Sequence record: MW971521.1
DNA: 32,000 nt
Strand: one strand, 5' to 3'
The notes under the pieces were generated by a model that was not told where the DNA came from, searched no databases, and worked only from the letters and a program-made list of their open reading frames with translations. The translations under genes and the position numbers were made by a program. Positions within the stretch are counted from its first letter, which is position 1; each line of letters opens with the position of its first letter. This document shows, one piece after another, positions 16,563 through 25,254 of the stretch.

Positions 16563-16967
16563 TTAGTCAAATATTTTAGTATTAACGGATAGTTTTTTAC
16601 TTCCAGCTCTTAACGCTTCCGTTGCAACATGTTTTGGAATTCCACACACTTCGAATAAAGTGGTACCGCCTCGAACACGTGCGCCCCAATAAGAAACAGA
16701 ACCTTTACCTTTACCCATACGAGACTCGGTGGGTTTAGATGTTATAGGCAAATCCGGGAAAATGCAAATCCATATTTTTCCTTTACGTTTTATTTTTCTT
16801 GCAATTGTTCGCCTAGCAGCCTCTATCTGTCGAGCGGTAATAATTCCTGAAACTTGTGCTTTTAAACCAAATTCACCAAATTTAATTGTATTATTTTTGA
16901 ATTCAAGGTTTTTTAATTTTCCTTTTCGAGTTTTTTTATATTTTGTTTTTTTTGGCTGTAAAAACAT
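16563..16967 (-). CDS. rpl16: ribosomal protein L16
   Basis: Carries MFLQPKKTKYKK, ITARQIEAARR and RMGKGKGSVSYW. Confidence 0.93.
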   Translation of the reverse strand: MFLQPKKTKYKKTRKGKLKNLEFKNNTIKFGEFGLKAQVSGIITARQIEAARRTIARKIKRKGKIWICIFPDLPITSKPTESRMGKGKGSVSYWGARVRGGTTLFEVCGIPKHVATEALRAGSKKLSVNTKIFD

Positions 16968-16989
16968 TTTTAGCTTTTAAATTTAAATA

Positions 16990-18027
16990 TTATTTTTCAG
17001 CGACCCAAACTTTAATACCATAACTTCCATTGGAATTGTGAGTCGTAATTTGAGAATAATCCAATTTTGCAGATATTGTTTGAACCGGAACGTCACCAAT
17101 AATTAATATTTTATATTTTGCTCTTGGAACACCATTCAGACGACCTTTAACAATAATTTTTATACCTTTAATTTTTGCCAATCTTGATGCTATTAAAACA
17201 CTTAAAGTTTGCTTTAAAAACGACAGAAAAAACTTGTGACGTTTAACTTTTTTCAATTGAAAAGCAATAAATTTAGCTAATAAATTTGCGGAATCTAAAT
17301 TGTATGCAACGTTAAACAAGAGTTCAATTCCATCTTTAAAAAACGGAGTATTTTTAAATTTTTGGAAAGCAATAAAAGTTTTTTCCTGTGTAAACTTATA
17401 AAAATGTACATTTTTATTGATGCAACAGAAGTTTAGAACAATATCTACATGCGTACCAAAAAAAGAATTTAAAACTGCAAAAATTCCTGCGCAAAAACTT
17501 TCAATATTTATTTTTGTTTGATTTGATGAAACTTTTATAGATTTATTGTTCTGGGTTTCTAAGAAATTTGCAGCAAAAGACTGAGTAAGTAATTGTGAGT
17601 GAGAGTTGACTTTAAAATATTTTTTCATTTCATAGAATTTTGAAGGGTTTAGGAGTAGATTTTTGATAATTTTATTCGACGAAAATTCATAAAAAGAAAT
17701 ATTCTTCCGAATTTCTTTATAGATGACGCATCGATTACCATTTCCATTCTTAACAATTAATTTCTCACGACTTTTACTATTGTCTAATACAAAATCTGAA
17801 GTAATGAAATAAGAAATATATAAATTTAACGTCGATGCGTTGTAATGCTGTTTATAATCGTGCACGATCATTCCATTTGTTTCAAAAATTCGTTCGATAT
17901 AATTTTTAATTTCCAAGTCTTTAAAAATATACAAAGGTAATTCCCGATTTTTTTTTTCAATAAATTCTGTCTTCCAGATTTTATTAACGCCAAGTCTAAA
18001 AATAGTTGGATTAAGTTTTTGACCCAT
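16990..18027 (-). CDS. rps3: ribosomal protein S3 with an internal expansion
   Basis: The start MGQKLNPTIFRLG is a canonical S3 N-terminus, with its ATG at 18027. The C-terminus is GRLNGVPRAK...YGIKVWV. The longer ORF reaching 18093 would overlap rps19. Confidence 0.88.
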   Translation of the reverse strand: MGQKLNPTIFRLGVNKIWKTEFIEKKNRELPLYIFKDLEIKNYIERIFETNGMIVHDYKQHYNASTLNLYISYFITSDFVLDNSKSREKLIVKNGNGNRCVIYKEIRKNISFYEFSSNKIIKNLLLNPSKFYEMKKYFKVNSHSQLLTQSFAANFLETQNNKSIKVSSNQTKINIESFCAGIFAVLNSFFGTHVDIVLNFCCINKNVHFYKFTQEKTFIAFQKFKNTPFFKDGIELLFNVAYNLDSANLLAKFIAFQLKKVKRHKFFLSFLKQTLSVLIASRLAKIKGIKIIVKGRLNGVPRAKYKILIIGDVPVQTISAKLDYSQITTHNSNGSYGIKVWVAEK

Positions 18028-18034
18028 TGAATTT

Positions 18035-18274
18035 TTATTTTTTCTTTTTTTTCTTTTTAAAAACAAACCTTTCTCGTGTAGGAACAAACTCACCTACTTT
18101 ATGCCCAATCATTTCATCTGTTATACTCAGCTTAGCGAAAATTTTTCCGGAGTGCACACTACAAGTGAGCCCAACAGTTTTAGACGTAATTTCATAATTT
18201 CGAGATAGTAACGGCAGTTTTTTATTGAAATCTAATTTTTGCACAAACGGACCTTTCCATTTTGATCTTTTCAT
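18035..18274 (-). CDS. rps19: ribosomal protein S19
   Basis: Carries MKRSKWKGPF, VHSGK and IGHKVGEFVPTR. Confidence 0.92.
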   Translation of the reverse strand: MKRSKWKGPFVQKLDFNKKLPLLSRNYEITSKTVGLTCSVHSGKIFAKLSITDEMIGHKVGEFVPTRERFVFKKKKKKK

Positions 18275-18277
18275 AAA

Positions 18278-19090
18278 TTATATTTGTTTAATAATAAGTT
18301 TATTTATTATTTTACTAGGTTTTCCTTTTTGATTAGGCTTTCCCCACGGTGTCCGAGATCGCCCTGACTTCTTTCCTTCACCACCACCATGAGGATGGTC
18401 CACTGGATTCGTCGCTACGCCTCGCGTAGTCGGTCTTTTATTTAACCATCTAGATTGCCCAGCTTTCCCTAATCTTGTTAAAAAATATAATTCTTTTGAA
18501 ACTTCCCCAATTGAAGCAAAGCACTTTGAGGAAATATATCGCAGCTCACCTGAGCTTAATTCTATAACTGCATAGGTTTCAGTTTTTTCTTTTATAATTG
18601 AAAACGTACCTGCAGATCTGGAAATTTGAGCAGGACTAAATAATTTTGGAGAAACATTATATATAGGTGTTCCTATAGGAATGTTTCCAATAGGTAAAGA
18701 ACTTCCTAAGCTGGGTTCTGTTTCTAACCCTGATTTTACTATATCACCAACTCGAAGGCCTTGAGGAGCTATGATGTAACTGAATTTTTTATTAATAAAA
18801 TTAAACACAGAAGCAATAAAAGCATTTCTGTTCGGATCGTGTTCTATTGTACAAATAATACCTATAGAATTAAATTTTCTATTAAAATCAACTTTTCGGT
18901 ATCGTTTTTTTACCCCACCTCCTTTATGAAATACTGTGATTTTACCCGAATTATTTCGACCACTTGAGTTTTTTTTTCCAATAATTTTATCTTTTAGTAA
19001 AGGTTTTTTACTAACGTTTAAACTTTTTTGATTTAATTTAATTAACTGCCTCCTTGAAGCAGTAATTGGTTTTACTTTTTCTAATATCAT
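18278..19090 (-). CDS. rpl2: ribosomal protein L2
   Basis: Carries NPVDHPHGGGEGK. The N-terminus MILEKVKPITASRR fits the L2 start (KPxTxxxR). The alternative upstream ATG at 19141 would overlap rps11 head to head. Confidence 0.9.
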   Translation of the reverse strand: MILEKVKPITASRRQLIKLNQKSLNVSKKPLLKDKIIGKKNSSGRNNSGKITVFHKGGGVKKRYRKVDFNRKFNSIGIICTIEHDPNRNAFIASVFNFINKKFSYIIAPQGLRVGDIVKSGLETEPSLGSSLPIGNIPIGTPIYNVSPKLFSPAQISRSAGTFSIIKEKTETYAVIELSSGELRYISSKCFASIGEVSKELYFLTRLGKAGQSRWLNKRPTTRGVATNPVDHPHGGGEGKKSGRSRTPWGKPNQKGKPSKIINKLIIKQI

Positions 19091-19122
19091 TGATATAAAA
19101 TAAACATGTCTTCTTACTTTTA

Positions 19123-19692
19123 ATGAATTTATCAAATACATTATTTAATAATTTAACAAACAGACTAAAATTAGAAGCTTTATTGCTGCAAGAAGAAAAA
19201 CTTTATGTCGAAAATTTATTGAACCAAGTTGCTTATCTAAAAAAATTAAAAACGAATGACTATAAAAATTTAGGTTTGCAAAAATTTGCTACGTACACTA
19301 ATAAAGAAAAAAATTTACAAGATTTTATTGTTGTTTACATAGTTAATATATCGTTTTTAAAAGCCAATACTGCACTTCACGTTTCTGATATTCAGGGGAA
19401 TTTAAAACTTTTTTTTTCATCAGGTTCCGTGGATTTAGCAGGCAAACAGAAAAAAAAACGAAGAATTGCAGTTTCCAAATTAATTTCCTTATTATTTAAA
19501 AAAGCTAGTTTTTTGGGGAAAAACCCTGTAGCATTGCATTTAAATAATGTAAACTTTTATAAAAATTTAATTATTCGCAAACTGAAACGAAGTTTATATA
19601 TAAAAGTTATAAAAATATTTAATCAAACTCCTTATAATGGATGTCGAAAAAAAAAGTTACGGCGCAAAAAGTATACCAAAAAGTTTAAATAA
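19123..19692 (+). CDS. rps11: ribosomal protein S11 with an N-terminal extension
   Basis: The C-terminal part ([33 protein letters not shown]) matches S11 (TPxPHNGCRPxKxRR). At 189 aa it exceeds the usual length of about 130 aa. Confidence 0.8.
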   Translation: MNLSNTLFNNLTNRLKLEALLLQEEKLYVENLLNQVAYLKKLKTNDYKNLGLQKFATYTNKEKNLQDFIVVYIVNISFLKANTALHVSDIQGNLKLFFSSGSVDLAGKQKKKRRIAVSKLISLLFKKASFLGKNPVALHLNNVNFYKNLIIRKLKRSLYIKVIKIFNQTPYNGCRKKKLRRKKYTKKFK

Positions 19693-19704
19693 ATAAAAAT
19701 CTAA

Positions 19705-19787
19705 GGAGAAATGGCTGAGCGGTTTAAAGCGGTAGACTGTAAATCTACTGAGTTTTCTCATCGTAGGTTCGAATCCTACTTTCTCCT
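19705..19787 (+). tRNA. trnY(gua): tRNA-Tyr (GUA), long variable arm
   Basis: Acceptor ggagaaa/tttctcc, anticodon stem gtaga/tctac with loop ctGTAaa, variable arm tgagttttctcatc, T arm gtagg-ttcgaat-cctac. Confidence 0.9.
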
Positions 19788-19817
19788 TTTTTTCTTCTCT
19801 TTAACATTTTTATGATT

Positions 19818-19890
19818 CGAAGTATGGCGCAGTTGGTAGCGCGCCTGTTTTGGGAACAGGAGGTCATGTGTTCAAATCACATTATTTCGA
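19818..19890 (+). tRNA. trnP(ugg): tRNA-Pro (UGG)
   Basis: Acceptor cgaagta/tatttcg, D arm gcgc-agttggta-gcgc, anticodon stem cctgt/acagg with loop ttTGGga, T arm atgtg-ttcaaat-cacat. Confidence 0.9.
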
Positions 19891-20355
19891 TAAATTATTT
19901 TTTTTTGTTAGTAAATAACTCGTTTTCAAATGTCTATCGAACGATTTATACAAATTAAACACATTCGTTTGATAAGAAAACGAATTCAACCCTTTCAATT
20001 GTGATGTGGAATATATTTTATTATTAAATTTTACCGCAATTAATTCAAATGAAGGCTTTAAATTAAGGGTTATAAATTTAAATTGCAGTTTCGTTGTTTT
20101 AAAATTTGAATGAACAAACAAAACAAAACCGCATATAGCAGAACTTAAATTCTGATAAATGGAGCTTCTAAGCAATTTTAACGTAGTACCATTTAAGACT
20201 TTTGAATATTTTAATTTTAATTTTTTTAAGTTTTGTTCTGTTCGAATCCATTGATTTAAATCCAATTTTGCCGAATGAAACAGAAAAAAAAAGTCATTAG
20301 TTTTAAAAAATTTTTTTAATTTAACACTTTGATAATCTTTTGAGTTAAAATCCAT
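19882..20355 (-). CDS. 157-aa ORF, possibly a diverged ribosomal protein L10
   Basis: ATG at 20355; the ORF track starts 3 codons earlier at a TTG. The segment FFFLFHSAKLDLNQWIRTEQNLKKLKLKYSKVLNGTTLKLLRSSIYQNLSSAICGFVLFV follows the bacterial L10 pattern (vvvvdyxGLtvxqxxxLRxxlrxxgxxxxVxKNtLxxxAxxxxxxxxLxxxLxGpxaxxF). The last 9 nt overlap trnP on the opposite strand. Confidence 0.4.
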   Translation of the reverse strand: MDFNSKDYQSVKLKKFFKTNDFFFLFHSAKLDLNQWIRTEQNLKKLKLKYSKVLNGTTLKLLRSSIYQNLSSAICGFVLFVHSNFKTTKLQFKFITLNLKPSFELIAVKFNNKIYSTSQLKGLNSFSYQTNVFNLYKSFDRHLKTSYLLTKKNNLSK

Positions 20356-20387
20356 ATAAAACAATCTTTCAAATTATTATAGAATAA

Positions 20388-20460
20388 TAGGCCCAGTAGG
20401 ATTTGAACCTACGACAAAGCCGTCATGAGCAGCATGTTCTACCAACTGAACTATAAGCCT
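20388..20460 (-). tRNA. trnM(cau): second tRNA with CAU anticodon (Met, initiator Met or lysidine Ile)
   Basis: Read on the minus strand: acceptor aggctta/tgggcct, D arm gttc-agttggta-gaac, anticodon loop ctCATga, T arm gtagg-ttcaaat-cctac. Confidence 0.85.
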
Positions 20461-20613
20461 GGAAAAATAAAAATATCTTTTAATGAGAATTAGTATTGGA
20501 CAAATTATAATCCTTCTAATAATAAGTTTTTTATTGTTTAGTGATTTAAACAATTTTAAAAAAAAATTGACAAACTTTCTAACACATGTGACTAAACTTG
20601 TGAATAACAAAAA

Positions 20614-20686
20614 CAGGAAAAAAGGGACTTGAACCCCTGCCCTTCGGTTTTGGAAACCGCTGCTCTACCTACTGAGCTATTTTCCT
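20614..20686 (-). tRNA. trnW(cca): tRNA-Trp (CCA)
   Basis: Read on the minus strand: acceptor aggaaaa/ttttcct, D arm gctc-agtaggta-gagc, anticodon loop ttCCAaa, T arm agggg-ttcaagt-ccctt. Confidence 0.9.
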
Positions 20687-20730
20687 TATTATCTTTTTAA
20701 ATGTATAAACAAACAAACTTTGCGTAATTA

Positions 20731-21450
20731 ATGACTTCGTATTATAAATATTACTTAGAAATAAAAAATAGAATTTTACTAACAATTTTTACTTGGATTT
20801 CACTTTTATTAATATGCTACCTTTTTAAGGAACCTCTTTTATTCATTTTTATAAATTCAAATAAATATTATTTAAATACTACGCCTTATTTCATTTTTAC
20901 AGATGTAGGTGAAATTTTTTATGTTTATTTGTCTTTAGTATTTTTTATAGCAAATCAAATAACAATTATAATGTTATTTTATCATAGTTTAATGTTTTTG
21001 GCTTTAGGCTTATATCGACTTGAGTACTTACAGCTACGATCAGTATTTAAAATTTTTATCTTTGTTTGGGTCTGCTCACTTATCTTACTTAAAGAATTTG
21101 TGATACCCTTTAGTTGGTCATTCTTTTTAAGTTTCCACAAAACCGAGGAAATATTGCAGCCTACATCATTTTTTTTTGAGGCACGGATTAGTGAATACAT
21201 GATATATTTTAAAAATTTATATTATATTTGTTTAATTAATTGTCAAGGTTTTGCTATTTTAACTTTTTTGTTAAACAACATGAGCAATACCATTGGAACA
21301 ATCAAAACTTTTAGAAAACTTTTTTATTTTTTATTCATATTATTTTCAACATTTGTAACGCCACCAGATATTATTAGTCAAGTTCTTATGAGTTGTAGTC
21401 TAATTATAATGTATGAATTATTAATTTTTTTTAAATATTTAATTAGGTAA
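20731..21450 (+). CDS. tatC: Sec-independent protein translocase TatC (mttB/ymf16)
   Basis: 239-aa polytopic protein. It carries the TatC landmarks LEIKNRIL (ElRxRl), [10 protein letters not shown] (TxxxExF) and VTPPDIISQ (tPPDxxsQ). Confidence 0.85.
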   Translation: MTSYYKYYLEIKNRILLTIFTWISLLLICYLFKEPLLFIFINSNKYYLNTTPYFIFTDVGEIFYVYLSLVFFIANQITIIMLFYHSLMFLALGLYRLEYLQLRSVFKIFIFVWVCSLILLKEFVIPFSWSFFLSFHKTEEILQPTSFFFEARISEYMIYFKNLYYICLINCQGFAILTFLLNNMSNTIGTIKTFRKLFYFLFILFSTFVTPPDIISQVLMSCSLIIMYELLIFFKYLIR

Positions 21451-22428
21451 CCAATTAAAGCTGATAAGGATACCAACTGTAAACATTAAATAACCAATCG
21501 CAAATGGCAAAAAACATTTCCATCCCAAATGCATTAACTGATCATACCTATATCGTGGCAACGTTGCTCGAGTAAGGATAAAAAAAACAGCACCGACCCC
21601 CACTTTTAGCGAAAACCAAACACTACCCGGTACAACGGTAAAAGGGAAAATACTAAGTGGCGGAAGCCAACCTCCAAAAAATAAAGTTGCCGATAATGCA
21701 CTCATTAATAACATATTTGAATACTCTGCTAGAAAAAATAAAGCAAATGTCATAGCTGAGTATTCTACATTGTATCCTGACACTAATTCAGCTTCCGCTT
21801 CAGGTAAGTCAAAAGGATGTCTGTTTGTTTCCGCCAGCATTGATATATAAAACATAATAAATAAAGGAAAAAGTGGAACAAGCAACCAAATTTCTTTTTG
21901 AGCCAGCACAATTTTACTAAGATTTAGTGAACCCACACAAGCAGCGATGCTTAAAACAATAAAACCGATAGAAATTTCGTAAGAAATCATTTGTGCGGCG
22001 GAACGCAAAGCACCTAAAAAAGCATATTTTGAATTACTAGCCCATCCAGCTAATATCAAACCATATACATTCAACGATGAAATAGCAAAAATGTATAGAA
22101 TACTAAGATTAATATCAGCTAAAACCGCGGTATGAGAAAACGGAATTACGGCCCAGCCAATTACACTAAGTAGAAATGATAAAATTGGGGCTAATAGAAA
22201 AACTGTAAGGTTTGAGTTACTTGGGAAAGTCGTTTCTTTAACAAATAACTTCAATCCATCTGCTAACGCCTGAAGTAGTCCGATAAACCCAACTACATTT
22301 GGTCCCCGACGTCTTTGGACAGCTCCCATGATCTTTCTTTCTGCAACTGTAAAATACGCAACAGCAAGTAACATCGGGATAGTAATACTAAGAATTTTTA
22401 ATAAAATTATAATTATACTATACAACAT
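21439..22428 (-). CDS. nad1: NADH dehydrogenase subunit 1
   Basis: Carries [55 protein letters not shown] and [10 protein letters not shown]. Its 3' end overlaps the tatC 3' end by 12 nt on the opposite strand. Confidence 0.95.
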   Translation of the reverse strand: MLYSIIIILLKILSITIPMLLAVAYFTVAERKIMGAVQRRRGPNVVGFIGLLQALADGLKLFVKETTFPSNSNLTVFLLAPILSFLLSVIGWAVIPFSHTAVLADINLSILYIFAISSLNVYGLILAGWASNSKYAFLGALRSAAQMISYEISIGFIVLSIAACVGSLNLSKIVLAQKEIWLLVPLFPLFIMFYISMLAETNRHPFDLPEAEAELVSGYNVEYSAMTFALFFLAEYSNMLLMSALSATLFFGGWLPPLSIFPFTVVPGSVWFSLKVGVGAVFFILTRATLPRYRYDQLMHLGWKCFLPFAIGYLMFTVGILISFNWLPN

Positions 22429-22440
22429 TTATGAATTTAA

Positions 22441-22511
22441 AAGCTAAAACCGGATTTGAACCAGTATTTTAAGATTTGCAATCTCGCACATTACCATTAT
22501 GTTATTTAGCC
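22441..22511 (-). tRNA. trnC(gca): tRNA-Cys (GCA)
   Basis: Read on the minus strand: acceptor ggctaaa/tttagct, D arm acat-aatggta-atgt, anticodon loop ttGCAaa, T arm actgg-ttcaaat-ccggt. Confidence 0.85.
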
Positions 22512-22531
22512 AACTTTTTTAGGGAACAATT

Positions 22532-22618
22532 AGGACAGAGTGGGATTCGAACCCACGGTATTTGTTAGAATACAACAGTTTTCAAAACTATCGCCTTAAA
22601 CCACTCGGCCATCTATCC
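22532..22618 (-). tRNA. trnS(uga): tRNA-Ser (UGA), long variable arm
   Basis: Read on the minus strand: acceptor ggataga/tctgtcc, anticodon stem atagt/actgt with loop ttTGAaa, long variable arm, T arm gtggg-ttcgaat-cccac. Confidence 0.88.
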
Positions 22619-22650
22619 GCTACGATAATATATGATAAACCATCAACGAA

Positions 22651-22723
22651 AGCAACTGAAGGGATTTGAACCCTTAACTTTAACCTTGGCAAGGTTACAC
22701 TCTACCAATTGAGTTACAATTGC
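22651..22723 (-). tRNA. trnG(gcc): tRNA-Gly (GCC)
   Basis: Read on the minus strand: acceptor gcaattg/cagttgc, anticodon stem taacc/ggtta with loop ttGCCaa, T arm aaggg-ttcaaat-ccctt. Confidence 0.9.
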
Positions 22724-22729
22724 GATGAA

Positions 22730-23275
22730 TCAAAAATTTTTAACAAAAGGCATTTTGAAAGAATTCAATAAATAAATTAATTCTTTTCGAGTTTTAGTAT
22801 TTGTTATTAGAATTATATTTAAAGGAGGTAAGTTATTAAATAAATAAAACTGTTTCTCCAATTCTTTAAAATCAATTAAATCTAATAATGTTAATGAAAA
22901 ACTTTTATTCTTTAAATTTTTTGAAATATTTATTCCTTTAAAATCTTTTAAATTTGGAAAAACTTCAGTTAAAAGTTTAAAAAAGAATTGATACATTTTA
23001 TTTTTAGTTAGAACAACCGTACAACCAACAGGGTAGCCTTTTCTTATTTTTAACAAAATATTTGCTCGCTTAGATTTTGTAATTGTACCTTGTTTAGTTG
23101 TGATTAATTCTAGTGAAAGAAGCGATGCAGCGATATTTTTAATCTCAAAACTTTTACATCCAAAATTTAAAATTATTTTTTTTAATTCAGGAATATCTTT
23201 TAGCTGATTGTAAAAAAACTTGTTTATTAAATCATATTTGATTACTTGCTTATAATAATTTTCTAATAAATTCAT
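22730..23275 (-). CDS. rpl5: ribosomal protein L5
   Basis: The N-terminus LENYYKQVIKYDLINKF and the segment ITKSKRANILLKIRKGYPVGCTVVL (L5 pattern aKksiaxFklRxgxpiGxxVTL) support L5. It sits directly downstream of rpl14, as in the bacterial spc operon. Confidence 0.85.
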   Translation of the reverse strand: MNLLENYYKQVIKYDLINKFFYNQLKDIPELKKIILNFGCKSFEIKNIAASLLSLELITTKQGTITKSKRANILLKIRKGYPVGCTVVLTKNKMYQFFFKLLTEVFPNLKDFKGINISKNLKNKSFSLTLLDLIDFKELEKQFYLFNNLPPLNIILITNTKTRKELIYLLNSFKMPFVKNF

Positions 23276-23656
23276 TTAAATTAAACCGACAGATAAACTG
23301 GCAAATTTTATAAATTTTTTTTTTTTTAATATTTTAGGCATTGGTCCCAAAATTCTGGTACCTATAGGATTTCCTTGTTTATTTAATAAAGTTACAGAGT
23401 TTTCACTTAAAAGAAAAAACGATCCATCTCTTTTTTTAAATTGAGTTTTCGTGCGAACTACTAAAGCCCAAAAAACACCACCTTTTAAAACTTTTGAAGT
23501 TTTCTTAGACTTATTTCGAAGCTGCTGAACAGAAACGACTATTATGTCGCCTAATTTAGCATATTGTTTTCGGAAGCCTCCTAAAATTTTAATACATTTA
23601 ACAGTTTTTGCGCCGGAATTGTCGGCAACTTTCAAAATCGTTTGTTGTTGTATCAT
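23276..23656 (-). CDS. rpl14: ribosomal protein L14
   Basis: The start MIQQQTILKVADNSGAK is a canonical L14 N-terminus. 126 aa. Confidence 0.92.
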   Translation of the reverse strand: MIQQQTILKVADNSGAKTVKCIKILGGFRKQYAKLGDIIVVSVQQLRNKSKKTSKVLKGGVFWALVVRTKTQFKKRDGSFFLLSENSVTLLNKQGNPIGTRILGPMPKILKKKKFIKFASLSVGLI

Positions 23657-23673
23657 AATTGACTTTCTTTTTT

Positions 23674-23747
23674 GCGTTTATAGCTCAATTGGACAGAGCG
23701 TTGGATTTCGGTCCCAAAGGTTATAGGTTCAACTCCTATTAAACGTA
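23674..23747 (+). tRNA. trnR(ucg): tRNA-Arg (UCG)
   Basis: Acceptor gcgttta/taaacgt, D arm gctc-aattggaca-gagc, anticodon stem ttgga/cccaa with one A-C mismatch, loop ttTCGgt, T arm atagg-ttcaact-cctat. Confidence 0.8.
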
Positions 23748-23760
23748 ACATTTTTTATCT

Positions 23761-24222
23761 TTACCATCGAAAATTCGATAAGTACCGTTTATTCAATAAA
23801 ATTTGATCTTGTAACTTTGTTTTTTGCTCAACGGATAAACCTCTGAAAGCAGACGCATCTAAGATTTCCTCACAGAGTCTTTTAGAAAAACCGTTAGGAC
23901 TTTTATCTTTTTTTGCAATAAAATTAATAGACTTTAAAGCATTCATTACTCGAAGTGAATTTTTTACTATAAAAGATAAAATTATTTTTTTTGACTTTCG
24001 TTTCCCCTTTTTCACAATTTGCTCATTTATTTTAAATGCAGGCGTTAAATTAATAATAGCTAACTGAATTATGGTTTGAGAATTTTTCCTAGTAGATCTT
24101 TGAAGGGACTTTGAAAGTTTTAACAAAATTTTTTCTCCTGTACGTTTTTTTCCATTTTTCATAAGACTATTTACAATTTTATTTTTTATAATTATTAAAT
24201 TATTTTCTTTTTGCTCTATCAT
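23761..24222 (-). CDS. rps7: ribosomal protein S7
   Basis: It follows rps12 directly (str-operon order) with an ATGA overlap. The N-terminal [16 protein letters not shown] and the C-terminal ...NFRW resemble S7. Confidence 0.8.
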   Translation of the reverse strand: MIEQKENNLIIIKNKIVNSLMKNGKKRTGEKILLKLSKSLQRSTRKNSQTIIQLAIINLTPAFKINEQIVKKGKRKSKKIILSFIVKNSLRVMNALKSINFIAKKDKSPNGFSKRLCEEILDASAFRGLSVEQKTKLQDQILLNKRYLSNFRW

Positions 24223-24605
24223 ACATATTTTTTTGGTTTTTTAGTACCATACTTTGACCTAGATGTTTTTCTCGAAGATAAGCCTGCAAAATCTAGTTTA
24301 CCTCTAACTAAATGATATTTGATACCAGGTAAATCTTTAACTCGGCCCCCTCTAATAACAACAGTCGAATATGCTTGTAAGTTGTGTCCTTCTCCGGGAA
24401 TATAAGCGTAGACCATCTTATTGTTTGTAAGTCGTAACTTTACAATTTTACGTAAAGCAGAATTTGGTTTTTTTGGAGTCCTTAACACTAATTTACTGCA
24501 AATACCCTTTTTTTGCGGACATTGGTCTAAAGCGGGAACTTTATTTAATTTTTTTTTCTTTTTGCGACTTTTTTGCTTCTTGCAAAGTTGATTGATTGTA
24601 ACCAT
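24219..24605 (-). CDS. rps12: ribosomal protein S12
   Basis: Carries [52 protein letters not shown]. The stop codon is TGA, overlapping the rps7 ATG. Confidence 0.95.
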   Translation of the reverse strand: MVTINQLCKKQKSRKKKKKLNKVPALDQCPQKKGICSKLVLRTPKKPNSALRKIVKLRLTNNKMVYAYIPGEGHNLQAYSTVVIRGGRVKDLPGIKYHLVRGKLDFAGLSSRKTSRSKYGTKKPKKYV

Positions 24606-24627
24606 TAATTTTAAACTAAAAAAGTTT

Positions 24628-24709
24628 TACCAAAAAGGGGACTTGAACCCCTACTCTACAAAGAACTAGAACCTAAACCTAGCATGTCTACCAATTCCAT
24701 CATTTTGGC
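24628..24709 (-). tRNA. trnL(uag): tRNA-Leu (UAG), long variable arm
   Basis: Read on the minus strand: acceptor gccaaaa/ttttggt, anticodon stem ctagg/tctag with loop ttTAGgt, variable arm, T arm agggg-ttcaagt-cccct. Confidence 0.88.
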
Positions 24710-24815
24710 TAATAAAAGACGTTGATCAACTCTTTTAAAAACGTACCTAGATACATTTAAAAAAACCTTGAGTACTTTTTATAAATTAAAAATTTGAATA
24801 AAAATTCTCTTTAAT

Positions 24816-24897
24816 TACTCGTTACCGGAATTGAACCGATACTCTAAATAGAATCAGATTTTAAGTCTGACGTGTCTACCAATTCCACCAAACGAGC
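24816..24897 (-). tRNA. trnL(uaa): tRNA-Leu (UAA), long variable arm
   Basis: Read on the minus strand: acceptor gctcgtt/aacgagt, anticodon stem tcaga/tctga with loop ctTAAaa, T arm atcgg-ttcaatt-ccggt. Confidence 0.9.
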
Positions 24898-24925
24898 ATT
24901 TTTTAATTTAACGACAATCAAAATT

Positions 24926-24998
24926 TGGAGATAATCGGACTCGAACCGATAACTTCATGCTTGCAAAGCATGCACTCTACCAATTGAGTTATATCCCC
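24926..24998 (-). tRNA. trnA(ugc): tRNA-Ala (UGC)
   Basis: Read on the minus strand: acceptor ggggata/tatctcc, including the G3:U70 alanine identity pair. Anticodon stem catgc/gcatg with loop ttTGCaa, T arm atcgg-ttcgagt-ccgat. Confidence 0.92.
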
Positions 24999-25023
24999 TT
25001 AAAACTATTTTTTAAAACAAAAA

Positions 25024-25245
25024 TTATTTTTTTTTACGCACAATAAGATCGTAACTAAAAAGATTTGGCAAAAAAACTAAATTTAAATTTAACGAGTTTT
25101 CTTTAAACAGCTTTTTAGTTCGAAATTTTAAAACAGTAAGCACGTCAGGTAACAATCGCAAAGCAATAAATGAGTAATAAACGACTGCACTTATTAATGA
25201 ACTAAATAAAACAGTAGATAGTGTAGTAAAATCAAGTTGTGGTAT
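25024..25245 (-). CDS. atp8: ATP synthase F0 subunit 8
   Basis: The conserved Atp8 N-terminus (M)PQLD appears as I-PQLDFTT followed by one hydrophobic helix. There is no in-frame ATG. The likely start is ATA at 25245-25243, because the TTG at 25278 lies inside trnN. Confidence 0.75.
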   Translation of the reverse strand: MPQLDFTTLSTVLFSSLISAVVYYSFIALRLLPDVLTVLKFRTKKLFKENSLNLNLVFLPNLFSYDLIVRKKK

Positions 25246-25254
25246 TGAAAAAAA

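Noticed and set aside
16729-16980. 83-aa plus-strand ORF
   Set aside because: It is antisense to rpl16 and has no motif of its own.
20377-20610. 77-aa minus-strand ORF
   Set aside because: Its C-terminal part is simply a translation of trnM(cau), and the rest is AT-rich spacer.
23544-23726. 60-aa plus-strand ORF
   Set aside because: It is antisense to the rpl14 start and runs through trnR(ucg).
24710-24815. 106-nt spacer between the two trnL genes, considered as a possible 5S rRNA or small RNA
   Set aside because: It is extremely AT-rich and shows no stable helices or 5S-like loop motifs that I could see.
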